Source of the DNA: Chromera velia
Lineage: Eukaryota
DNA length: 64,000 nucleotides
NCBI GenBank assembly: GCA_018398765.1
Contig: JAHBMJ010000101.1
Location: forward strand, 1-64,000
Direction: 5' to 3'
Part shown: positions 12,020 through 23,677 of the stretch, in pieces
Layout of the letters: each line of letters starts with the position of its first letter
Numbering within the stretch: position 1 is the first letter of the stretch
Program-made: the position numbers and the translations under genes
The notes under the pieces: generated by a model
Seen by the model: only the letters and a program-made list of their open reading frames with translations
Database searches by the model: none
Told to the model about the DNA's origin: nothing

Positions 12020-12924
12020 TTTGAATGCATTGATTTCATCCATCTGAAATTTAAAACTTCTTAGTTACAACTAATTGCTGCTAATTGCAAGAGTAAATAA
12101 CAAGTCGTTTTGTATATCTATAGTCAAATAAGTATAGATACTTGCTAATATGTACAAACAAGTCGACTGTGATACAATATTCACTTTATAAACCACTATA
12201 AATCTAAATACTAACCTAAAATTATAGACATTTATAGACGTGCTTCGTCGTAACTTTCAGTCTTTAACATATTTATATGCAGAAAATCATAAATAACATC
12301 TGGGGCTAGTTTTTTGGAAACCTCTCTGAACAGTGCTGAACTTAAGTGCCATTGGAAAAAATATAATCTAGAATGTAATCAAGATGATCTCTATGTGCGG
12401 CATCGTTTTTCAAGAGACCGTCTACGCCACAGATGGTCAAGATACTGTCTAGATATGCGGCTTTGGCTTTCAAGATACCGTAAATGATCTGCGCCTGTGG
12501 CACAGACTTTCAAGCTTATCCAAAAATGCGGCTTAAACTTTTAAGTGATAGTTAGGTTCAGGGAGGTCTTCTTGGATAAAGATTTAAAAAGATTAAGTAG
12601 TAATCTCTAGGATAATTAGGGATAATCTTTGTCTGTTATCGACTGGAATAGATCATAAGTAATCATAAGTCCTAACAAATCTGCGTAAGTTAGCGTAAAT
12701 CAATTTTATAATGTGTCCATAGGCATCCGCCCGATGGTAATCAACCCTAATCAACCCCACGGTTTAGCCCACGGTATTTCTTAGACCCCCTGCCGGACCA
12801 TGAGATACTGCATGATGCCGCATGATATCGCGAGACCAGCTAGCACCCCCCTTTAGTATATTAATATGTTAAGAGTAGCGTAGAAGTTAGGTTGGGCTCG
12901 GCGGGCCATGCATCCATGTGAGCG

Positions 12925-12984
12925 GCGGGCCGCGCGCCTCGGATCCTCCGCGCGGCCCGCGGATATCCGAGGCGCGCGGCCCGC
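12925..12984. repeat. Perfect 20-bp GC-rich inverted repeat (GCGGGCCGCGCGCCTCGGAT / ATCCGAGGCGCGCGGCCCGC) with a 20-nt spacer
   Basis: Arms are at 12925-12944 and 12965-12984, ~320 bp upstream of the MEKHLA gene ATG. Confidence 0.9.
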
Positions 12985-13304
12985 GGATCCATGCTTGTAT
13001 GCCCGTTCCACGCACACGTCTGCAGTCTGACACAAAGGCAGCCTCGCTGCCTTCCGGGCATTTCCAGGCCGTCTCTGGGCTCTGTGCCTTCTGGATGGCA
13101 AAGTGACCGACACGCTTTCATGAGCGCCGAGCCGCGAGCAAAAGAGGTCCACAGGCTGATAGTTGACGGTTCAGACTGAGCTTCACGTACTGACCTGACT
13201 TTCGCCTTGTCACCGTCTCCCAGCAGAGCTGTTCTCAGTCTAAGCAGCACTCAGCAGCACAGGATTGGGAGCACCTGTGCTTTTGCACAAGACACAACGA
13301 GACA

Positions 13305-16300
13305 ATGTTCCTTCACGGCCAGCGTGGGGCAGGAGTCCTCTCCCGTCTCTGTGCCTGCTTCTCCAGCCGTCTCCCTCTCCCTTGCCGTCTCCTCCCTTCC
13401 CCCTCCAGACTGAGCCCTTCCCCTCTCGAATGTGGCTTCAGCTCGGAGGCGGGAGACAGAGACGCGCCTGCCAAACCCGCTTGGGAGTCTGAAGGCAAAG
13501 TAAAGTACGCGAATTTCCTCTTGGAGTCTTTTGATGGCACCTTCGGGAGGGGCCTCCTTCCAGATTCTTTGGAGGGCCTCTCGGAACTTGAAAAAGTCAG
13601 ATCGTTCACCCGTTGAGTCAGCTACTGCCTACGTAACGTTCAATTAGGTGTATGAATATGCACCCACTGCTCCCCCTTTGTCTCAACGTTCCTTTTGCAT
13701 TCTTGGGAGCTGAAAGGAGAGGGAAGCGAGACGCAGCTGCATAACCGGACTGGTGCATCTCCACATTGCATGCTTGCTTCGTCTCGCATGTTTCTACGTG
13801 CCATTCCGATGGTTTTGGGGTTTTGCTTCAGTCCATCTGTCAGCTACGAAGGAACAGTCAGCCAGGGAGCCGTAGAGGAGGCAGCTGGACCACATGTCGG
13901 ACTGCACCATCTCTCTTTCTTCTCTTCTCTTCTCTTCGCGCACTGTCTTGATATCGCTTGCCGGCATGTCTGTTCCAAAGTCCCATCGGGGCTCTGTCTT
14001 TTGTTTTTTCTGGGGCTTGTCTGAGTGCATGCTGTCTACGTCTATCCGTGTCCCAGACTGCCTGTCTGCATCCGTCTTCCTTCCCGTCCGCCTGCTACTG
14101 TGGTCGACTACCAGGGTGATCAAGAATACAACGAGAAGTGTCGTTTTTAGGAGAAGTGCCGTTTTCACTCTGCTAGCGTAGAAAGATGAAGTGGCAGGAA
14201 AGGAAGACAGAGGAAAGTGGTGTCAAGTTTGTATGCCTTTGTCTATCTGGGCCTTCCCGTCCGTCCCCGTCTCCTTTTTCTCCTGCATGCCGCACCCTGA
14301 CACCAGAGTCTTTCCTCATCGCCGACGATGGACTCCCATGCCCATCTTTCCTTATTGTTTCTTCCTCTGTGCGCATAGAGTTTCTCCTGCAGGCCCGGAA
14401 ACTCTACGAAGCTCCCTTCGTCTGTGCTGCCCATGAATTCACTGAGAGAGGCGTGAAGGCGGGACAAGGGCCCGTGATGGTGTACGGCAACCTGAAGGCT
14501 CAGAGAGCCTTCGGGCTCTCTTGGGATGTGCGTCTAGCTGTCGGCTCTCTCTTCTCTTCGATCTGCTGGCTGTCTTTCCTACCAAATTCAATCTTAGTTA
14601 TACTGATGGATTGCACTCTCGGTTTTCCTATATGACTGCTGCCCATGCTCTCACTCCCTCCGTCCCTCCCTGCCTCGCTCCCCCCTCCCCCCATTCTTCT
14701 CTATCTATCTCTTGCCGCCAAGGGGGGTGAATCTGTTGGTCTCACGAGCGAGCTCGTTCAAATTTCGATCAAGAGACTTCCTTCGCCCTTCTTCTTTGGG
14801 ATCCGGTCGCCTTACGCCGATGTCGCTGCACCCCTTTTGGTTGAAGTCTGTCTGAACAAAGAAAACCCTCCCTGTACGTTTGTCTGTCTGTCACGGGCGA
14901 AGCAAGAAATTGAGAAAGGACGAAGTCGTGTCTCCGTCCAATCTGTTGATGTACCTCTCTTACTGTCTATTTAAAAAACACACCACAGTTCGAATCTCCA
15001 TCCGTCTCTGACCTCAATCTGGTTTCTTTTCTTTGCAGGACTTCCTCGGTTTCCCCTCCTCGAAGACCGCCGACCCCTCTCAACAGACAGAGAGGAACGC
15101 CCTCATTCAGAAGTGCTCTGAGAACGTGAGTGAGTCATTCAGCCAGTCAGTTAGCCAGTCCGTCTATCTTTCTCGCCAGAGATTGTAAAGAGTGCGCTCT
15201 GTCCCCTTGAATGGTGAATTGAAGAAGCAACACAGTGCTCATTGAAAACAAGCTGCATGCTGATCACGTGCACGTTCAAATGTCGTAACGATGCGAAAAA
15301 AGCTCAGGGGATCTGTCAGTCTGTCTGGATAGTCTGTTTCTGAGCCTTTCTTTCTGCTTTTTTTCTCCCTTCCCTTCGCAGTTCCCTCTTTGTTGCCGCC
15401 ATTCTTCTGTCCATTTCTTTCTGGCAAGCACCCTCTTCCTTCTAAGCAGTTGCATGCCAACGAAAGGAACGAGACGAGGGGATCGACTCTCACAGAAACG
15501 AAACCGTCCGTTCATGTCTCTTCTCTTCCCTTCAGGGTTGGGTGTCTGTCGCCGGGATTGTGCGTGTCCGAAGTGACGGCAGTTTTTTCAGAGTAAAGGA
15601 CGGGGTACTGTGGACTTTACTGGAGAGAGTGGGGGGGAAAGAGGGAGAAGGAGAGACGGGTGTCCCGGCAGGAAGAGAAAGCGAGGGNNNNNNNNNNNNN
15701 NNNNNNNNNNNNNNNNNNNNNNNNNNNNNNNNNNNNNNNNNNNNNNNNNNNNNNNNNNNNNNNNNNNNNNNNNNNNNNNNNNNNNNNNNNNNNNNNNNNN
15801 NNNNNNNNNNNNNNNNNNNNNNNNNNNNNNNNNNNNNNNNNNNNNNNNNNNNNNNNNNNNNNNNNNNNNNNNNNNNNNNNNNNNNNNNNNNNNNNNNNNN
15901 NNNNNNNNNNNNNNNNNNNNNNNNNNNNNNNNNNNNNNNNNNNNNNNNNNNNNNNNGGGGGGGGGGATGGCGATCTGGTCTTTGGACACGTGAGTGAGTT
16001 TGGAATGAAGTTCAGAGGGTACAGGTGGTCAGGAGCACGTTCCAGTCATTCGACTGATAGTTGCGTTAGCAAAGACAAGCATTGCCTCGTGTGGGTTGAA
16101 TGGCAGAAAGGGAGGGCCTGGTCCAGAGTTCTTTCTCACGTTGTGACGCTCGAAGGCCATCCAGACCGCGTGTGGCCGGGAGTCTTTTCATGGATCCCGA
16201 TTGCTGTTCTTGGCTGCACACACTATTCTGTTTGTCTGCCTCCCTGCTTGCCTGTCTGCTGTCCCACAAGATGTGTTTTCTTTCTTCTCTGCTTGCAGGC

Positions 16301-16478
16301 TGTGGTATTTTCTGCTTGGGATTCTTTGGGCTCCTCCACGACCAACGAGGGACCGGGTGAATGGACGGGGTCCAAAAATAAGTGCATTCACCCATGGAAA
16401 TCAGCCGCGACTGCTTGTCCGGATTGTCCTCGGCGGGCAAACTCAAAAACAAACAGGCAGTCACAAAAGCGCCGATAA
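13305..16478 (+). CDS. Stand-alone MEKHLA (PAS-like) domain protein with a presequence-like N-terminus; 5 exons, spans an assembly gap
   Basis: Exons: 13305-13595, 14393-14527, 15039-15125, 15536-(gap)-15989, 16299-16478. The spliced product reads FLLESFDGTFGRGLL..ARKLYEAPFVCAAHE..PVMVYGNLKAQRAFGLSWDDFLGFPSSKTADPSQQTERNALIQKCSENGWV..GIVRVRSDGSFFRVKDGVLWTL..GHAVVFSAW. This matches the MEKHLA pattern (AP..H..P...Y.N..A...F...W..PS..A...ER..G.R...G..F....W...G.A..F..W). Confidence 0.85.
15688..15956. other. Assembly gap (269 N) inside MEKHLA exon 4, flanked by G-runs
   Basis: Run of N characters. Confidence 1.
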
Positions 16479-17069
16479 AACTAGAAAAAGAACAGAAAAA
16501 AGAAATTGAATGGAAAGAATGATTGAACATGTGATGATATTTAAATGTTAATTCTCATATACTCAACATTTTCATTTAAAAACAGTTTTAGTATATAATG
16601 TTAAGTACTAAAAATAGAGGTGGTAGTTAAACAGTAACGAATGCCCTGCAAAGCCCCCGCTGCCCCCGGGCTCGACGATAACAATTTTTTTTATCTTAAA
16701 TATGCATGTTTTGTCTTAGTGTCCCCATACGTCTCCTTATGCTCACTTCTGTTTTGAATGGCTTTGCCCCGCTCTCCTATGATTGATATGTAGGGTGATG
16801 ATCCTCTGGTGATCTGTATTAAGTATAATACTGGTAGGTCAGACCGTACGTGGTGGCCAGGAGTAGCCAGATAGAGCTGAGACTGGGCTCGTACGCTATA
16901 CCCGGATGTCAGTCATCATTCTGGCCAGGATTCCGAGTAGTTTTAGGTATGTTAAGAAAGGTCTGCAGCGTATCGGCGCTTTTCAGCAGGAATACCTCCC
17001 TGACACTATAAGCCACTTAAAACATAAATCTTCAAGTTCATCTGCTTAGGCGACTTAAGAATTAATCCA

Positions 17070-17319
17070 CGAAATTGAATTTTTATTTTGGGGTTCACTA
17101 TTAAGTCATCCCAAACTGCCGCTGCGACCCGAAATCGGTTTTTTATTTTGAGGTTCACTATTAAGTTGTCTCAAACTGCCGCTGCAACCCGAAATTAGAC
17201 TTTTAGTTTGGGGTTCACTATTAAGTCATCCCAAACTGCCGCTGCGACCCGAAATCGGTTTTTTATTTTGAGGTTCACTATTAAGTCGTCTCAAACTGCC
17301 GCTGCGACCCGAAATTAGA
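17070..17319. repeat. 60-bp tandem repeat (~4 copies) with alternating A/B variants (120-bp higher order)
   Basis: 17101-17160 is identical to 17221-17280; 17161-17220 is nearly identical to the copy starting at 17281. The core is TTAAGT..CAAACTGCCGCTGCGACCCGAAAT..GGTTCACTA. Confidence 0.95.
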
Positions 17320-17411
17320 GCAGGAACTCAGCAGCGGGCTTTTGTAGGCTTGTGTAGAATGCATGTGGGCCGGACTGAATTCTGGGTGTGCGTAAAAGCT
17401 ATCTACGCCTT

Positions 17412-17432
17412 TTTCGCGCAAAACGCGCGAAA
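17412..17432. promoter_or_regulatory. Inverted pair of E2F-consensus sites (TTTCGCGC-5nt-GCGCGAAA)
   Basis: Both half-sites match TTTSSCGC. A CACGTG at 17459 and TGCATGCA copies at ~17609 and 17653 lie upstream of the 17913 ATG. Function is inferred. Confidence 0.35.
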
Positions 17433-17912
17433 CCGTCCTTCTTTTTGTGGCCTTTTTTCACGTGACACCCCAAAAATTTTAGTTGGTGACTCGCGTTACA
17501 AGCATTTTTTTCAATTGATCGAAGTACAGATATCGGATTAATCAATCGAGTCGCATAATTTTCTCAGGGCCTCTTTTAGCTGAGCAGCCCTCCATGACGA
17601 ACCTGCATTGCATGCACTTGAAAAGAACTATTCGATTTGCTTCATGTATATATGCATGCATGCACAAATCAAACGAACTCCATAGAAGCCGCACGTAAAG
17701 AAACTGGTACATAGGTAGTGGGGGCATGAAGTCTCATTCAGACCCAGTCATACAGCCGTTTGACTCGTTCTACGTTCGTCTACCATCTTAGACTTACGCG
17801 TTCTTCGCAATGTTCCCACACAAAGTCCAAACCAGAGGACCTTTCTTTGGCTCTGCCTTTCTGGACTCTGACGACAGACCTGTTTTCTTCTTCCAATAAC
17901 ACAAGCACCAAG

Positions 17913-20900
17913 ATGCAGTCCAGTTTAGCCAATTCAACCACCCCGAAGAGTGAGAAGAAGGGCAAAGTGAAGCTGAGTCCTCTCGCCCTTCAGGAGGTTG
18001 AAAAGACCAAAAGCCACGAAGGTCCTCCTGGAGGGAGGATCAACACCCAACAGAGTGCAGGATGGGGTACACAGGACACGCAACAAAGTATGCAGTCGAC
18101 AATGAACATAGGGAGATTGTTCCATGGAGAACTGAGCGGCCTATCGAGGGCCTCATCAGACCTCTCATCACCCAAGGGAACTCCACGGCCGACTGGGAAG
18201 AGTGCAGTCGATCAAAGGGAGTCTCTCGGGGACACGGTCAGAAACTGTTCAGAGTCTCTGGCCAATTTGGCGGTTTTCGCGCGTCAGTTGGGGGAACCGG
18301 GGGTCAACCCCCCCCGCACAATGGCAATGTTTATCCATCATGAGAAGTCAGTGCGGTTTCTGTTGAGAAAGATAGCCAAGGGGCGTGCGCAGATGCAGGC
18401 AGAGATCTCGTCCATGCGCGCTCAAAGAGACGACGCAGGATTTGATGCTGACAAGCGTGCGTCTGTAGCCGAGTTAGAAGGGTCGTTGTCACATGTCCAA
18501 GCGCAGTATCAGAGAATGAAGAGTCAATTTGAGACCCTCAGAGCAACAAAGGACAACTGGAAGGAGGAGGACAGGGAGATGTACAGCAACCTGGTAGAGG
18601 AGGTTGCAGCCAACGACGCGTGGAGATTTGACAAAAACGACTTTGAGGCAGCTCGGAAGGGGGAGCAGCACGAGAACCTGGGCTCTGCTGTTGACGACAT
18701 CAAATTGCGTATGCAGGTACGTCTGTACAGCTTCTCTCTTGTGTTCTGTCCTACTCCCTCTTTTCCCCTTCCCTTCTGCTTCCACTATTTCCTCTGTCTG
18801 CTGCTTCTGCTCTCTCATACCCTCTTTTCACAATTTCCGAATGCCTGATTTCTCTGCCTTCTCTGCTGCAATGAGAACGAACGACTGAATTGTCTGCATG
18901 CTATCGCCACCCTGAAAGAAAACATGAAGGCCGCCTTCCTTTCAGACCTTGACCGACTTGATTGCTGCACAAATACAACATGTGTTGATGTCGTGTATTA
19001 CGCTTTGGCTGGAAACTTGCATCACGTATTATTGTATGAAAGCCTCCCCATCCCCACCGCCTTCCTTTCAGGCCCTGACTGATTTGATTGCAAAGGTGGA
19101 GGCCTCAGACGAGGACTCGGATGACTCTGACCTTCTCTCTGACGATTCGGACGATGACGAAGACGACGATGAGGAAGATGACGAAGGCGGGGAGGACGGA
19201 GAAGAAAACGCTGTGACTGCAGCAGCAGAGGGGGCAGTGGCAAAAGCGCGATCTAGGCATCCGACCAGGGTGGGAAGACGAAAGAGAAAGTCGGAGGGCA
19301 CGAGCTCAGGAGAAGAAGAGCCGATGTTAACCCCCAGAGCGTCGGAGCTTTTGGGTCGGGTTGTTGAGTTTTTCCATTTCGTTGAGAAGAGTGCGGGCAG
19401 TGGGGAATTTGGGGCAGCACTGGGTGGGGAAGGGTCAAGTAGTAGTGGGGATATCGGGACAGGGGAGGGGCCCACGGCATTAAAAGATCGTGTGCCCCAG
19501 GGTTTGGGCCACGGGTTGAGTGACGAAGCCAGCCAAATTCTGGAGCTTCAACAGATGGTGCACTTGCTCCAAGAGCAGCTACATGAGAAAGAGGAGATGA
19601 TCGAAAAACTAGAATCCCATCTATCGGCCTCCGGGCTTCATGAGTCTGGAGCACCCGGGGGAATATCCCGACCAGGCACCCAAAGGTCGCTGGGACATTC
19701 ACTCCGTCGATCATCTTTCCATTCCAGAGGTGCGAGGGGGGCGGTATCCGGTGTTTCAACACACTTGGACACAGGGACCACCCCCGCCACCATCCATTCG
19801 AGGAGACGGCTTTCCTCTGTGCATGATGCGCTCCATGCGCTCAAAGGAGCCGGTTTGTCTGGAGTTGCAAAGGCCGTCCGTCGAGCGAGCCAGGCCGAGA
19901 TGGGTCCCGTCACTCACGAGGCCCTTCTCAAAAGCTTCCATGAGCAGGCAGCAAAGAACGCAGGAAGCAGAGAGGACAGAGGCCCCGTTCTGCCTGCCAG
20001 AAGAGCGCGGTATGCCTCCAAGGAGGACACTAGGGTGTTTGACTCCAAGCCGCAGCAGCAGCAGCAGCAGCAGGAGCCCGCGCACCCTGCAGGCCCCTCA
20101 CGTCTCCGTTCGAGAGCCGTCTCTGTGGATATGCTCTCACCCAGTCAGACAGACGCTGCAGGGGCCAACATAGGGCCTCTACCGCTGCAAGGGACCTCTG
20201 GAGTCCAGGTGTTTGACTATGAGGGGGGTACCTACCGAAAGTCTCTTTCCCGAAAGTCTTTCAAAACCCTGTCGGGCAGAGAGATGAGAGGAAGCCTTGC
20301 AAACAGCAGAGAGCTTGAGCAGCTCGCAGCCGCAGCAGCGAACGAGAGTCACTCTGCCCGATCTTCTTTCGGAGCAGGTGTGAACAACCGCCTTGCTGCC
20401 GAGCTTCTACATCCCTCCAACCCCTACGGTCTGAAACCCTCCACGCTCGCACGTCTACACAAATTCTCCCAATTTAGAGACGAATCCAAACTCCACGCAG
20501 TGCAAGAAGGCCTCAGACAGAGGGTCCGAGAGACGCACCTCGCGCTACTTCAGAAAGTTAGAGCCACCGCATTGGAGCATCGGAAGAAATTGGCAGATGA
20601 GCGGAAGAAGACGACTGTGAGAGGAGACGAAGAAGAGACGGCTTCTTCCAAACCCCCAAGGCTGAGAGTGGGAAAACAGGAGGACGCTGGGCCGCCGCCC
20701 ACTGCCGCTCCCTTGCCCGGATGGGGAAGGCCGGTGCCCTTTGCCGTCGGGAGTGCTCCGGTCAGCTCCTTTTGATCGCACTAGAGAGACTGAGCCCTAC
20801 TTTCTTTCGCGTGTCCATTACGGTGTGATCTTATAGTTTGGCTTCCCTAATAACTCTCTGTCAGTCTGTTTTTTTCACCCTCCTTTCCGTTTTCCTGATT

Positions 20901-21317
20901 TTTTCACGTGATCTGCCTTTCTGCTCTCTTGCTACTTTTCTCTTTTCTTTTCTGCATTTCTTTCACATCCTTTTTCCCTGTGAAAGTGTCACGTGCCTTC
21001 GTCTCACCGTGGCAAGAAGTTTGTACACCGACTCCTTCCTGTCTGTTCGTGTGTGCAGAATTCGCCTACGCATCTCGCGCCCCCCACAGCTCAACTCTTC
21101 ATTGAGAGAGAAAAGTAAGTGAGGGCAACGGATTGAAAATTCTATGCTCGCCGTGTTTCTGGCCTTTCCATTTGTACATGCACTGTGCGAATAGGGGTGC
21201 GATCGGAGCGCCGAACAAAGTAGACGACAGCCAAAGACATGAAGCGAAAAATCGTCGGAACGCGCAGGCAGGCAGATAAATATTAATAGACAGACAGATA
21301 CACACATTCACGCACAC

Positions 21318-21359
<42 letters not shown>

Positions 21360-21444
21360 ACACACTTACACACACTTACACACTTACACACTTACACACA
21401 CACACACGTACGCACGCACGCACGCACGCATGCATGCATGCATG

Positions 21445-21480
<36 letters not shown>

Positions 21481-21489
21481 ACACAGACA

Positions 21490-21523
<34 letters not shown>

Positions 21524-21608
21524 ACACACTTACACACACTTACACACTTACACACTTACACACACACACACGTACGCACGCACGCACGCACGCATGCATG
21601 CATGCATG

Positions 21609-21644
<36 letters not shown>

Positions 21645-21647
21645 ACA

Positions 21648-21725
<78 letters not shown>

Positions 21726-23677
21726 CCTGGAATGGGAAGCAATGAATGCCTCTCAACTCTCTCCTTCCAGCTGTGCCGCCTGCCCCCCTCGCTGCCAATG
21801 CTGTCTCTGGTTCTCTGCATGAGTATGTACGCGCACGTGTGTTTGTCTCTGTATGCTTCTCTGGCTGCCTGCAGGCTCCAATATCAGGTGGCTCTTTACA
21901 AAGACGAGCTTACACAGAAGCTGCGGCTCTTACGGCAGAAACAGACGGAGAAGCAGCAGAAAGAGGCTCAGGAAGCAGAGGGAGCGAAGGCCGCAGCGGC
22001 AGCGTCACCTGAAGCCAGGAGTGCAATTAGGGGGGAGTTAATCAACGCAGTCATGAAGCAGAAGGCCAAGTGAGTGAGTGAGTGAGTGAGCGAATAAGGA
22101 GTGAGTCAGCGAGTGAGGGAGTGAGTGAGTGAGGGGTGTCGTTTAGTCAAAGACGCGGAAATGCTGATGTTGGAGGAAATCATTGCGTCAAGTCTCTCCA
22201 CTCTGATTTGTGCTGCAGCCATCTGTGCCTTCTGCTTTGGTTCCTCTTTGAGGAAACAAACATACGGTGCATTGCGCCCGTCTGCTCTGGTGAATTTTCT
22301 ATATTCTTTCCTCGCTTTCGAATACTGCGCCAAATACATTTGACTGCTCTGCAATCTCGAATTGACTTTTTGAATTTTCTTTTGCGTTGCATTGCAATCC
22401 TCTCGCAGGCTTATGAAGCTCCTTGAGACCCATTCAGGCAGGAAAATGGTAAGGTGTCCCTGTGTGTCTTTCCGTCTGTTTGTCTGTCTGTTTGTCTGTC
22501 GGTCTGTCTCTGTCATTCTGATACCGTTTCACCTCTTCTCTGCCAAATCTGTCTCTCGTCTGATTGACTCCGTTGATTCTGTCGGTGCATGGGTTTGGTC
22601 TCTTTTGAATTCTTTCTTTTCCGTTGATTGTTCGTTCACATCTATCTGTCTCGGTGCTATCTGTGTATATCGATATGTGAGCAGACTGCCAACGACATCT
22701 TGCGGACAGGCATAATTTCCCGTCTGGTCTTACCAATGCCAACTGGGGCCTCTCCCTCGGCCTCTCCCTCCAGTCCGCAGCTGCAAGAGACGAACCCGAC
22801 CAGTCCCTCTGTTCTCTCTCCCCCCCTCGCCAAGATGTTTGCGCCTTTGGCCGCCCCCGCAATTGTGGGATTTGAGGAGGAGAGCAGCAAGCCGAGGAAG
22901 AAAGAGAAAAAGGCAAAAGACAAGACGAAAGAGAGGGATAAAGACAAGAAGGAGAAAGAAAAGGACCCTGAGAAGTCGAAGGAGAAGAAAGAGAGGAAGA
23001 AAAAGGAAAAGAAGGAAAGAGAGAAAGAGAAGAGTGAGAAGGGTGATAAAGAAAGCAGAAAACACAAAGAAAAACACAAAGACAAAGAAAAGTCGCCCAA
23101 AAAGAAAGGCACTTCACATCACCTTGTAGCAGGCCAACCGCATCCAACCCTCCCCTCATCATTCACCGAAGCCTCGAACACCCCCACAATTCCCGTCTCC
23201 TCCTTCCTTCCACTTGGCGATCCAATGTCTCCCCCCTCAAAGCCCTCAGGGGGCCTCATGGCGCAACCCGGATCGATCATGTCCCCTCAAACTAAGGGAA
23301 CCACCACCACTCCACAGAGCGCAACCATGCCCTCCGGATCCCCCACACCAGCTGCCGTCGGCTTCTCCTCGGGATTCCCTTCCATCGCCTCGCCAGTGAG
23401 GGCGCAGCCGTTTGCGGGCTGGCAGATGCTGGTACCGCCCGGGGCCCCACCTCCCCCTCCCGGCTCTCAGGGAGTGATGGAGGCTGGCGGTTTGCCCTCA
23501 AGCAGCGGATTTGTGCCGGTGCCGTTCATGTCTGCTAACTTCGGGGCAGGAGGGGATAGTGGGCGGGCGCATGAACAAGGGGCAGCCGGGGATGGAGGGA
23601 AACCGGGACACAAGAGCCAGAGCTCTCAACGAAATTTTACCCACGTCAGGGACTCCTCCTTTCGCGTGGTCAGTTGA
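17913..23677 (+). CDS. Hypothetical protein with coiled coils, an acidic tract, a KE-rich segment and a Pro/Ser-rich tail; 6+ exons
   Basis: Phase-consistent exons: 17913-18716, 19072-20760, 21059-21114, 21875-22069, 22409-22448, 22685-23677. Extra 3' exons near 24177 are possible. No recognisable catalytic domain. Confidence 0.75.
21300..21725. repeat. Intronic compound (CA)n/(CACACTTA)n/(CGCA)n/(TGCA)n/(GA)n microsatellite, internally duplicated
   Basis: The block CACTTACA..CGTACGCACG..CATGCATGCATA occurs twice (near 21407 and 21571). Confidence 0.95.

Noticed and set aside
12738..12760. TAATCAACCC x2, telomere-like
   Set aside because: Only two copies, internal, and not a canonical telomeric unit.
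16790..17010. Possible solo LTR of a related family (short matches such as GTCAGACCG, GAGACTGGGC, CCTCCCTGACAC)
   Set aside because: The matches are only 9-12 bp, in mixed orientation, with no TSD identified.
17070..17319. Regularly spaced repeats resembling a CRISPR array
   Set aside because: There are no unique spacers (whole units repeat), no cas genes, and the context is eukaryotic.
21430..21822. His/Thr-rich and Cys/Val-rich ORFs
   Set aside because: Translations of (CA)n intronic microsatellite.
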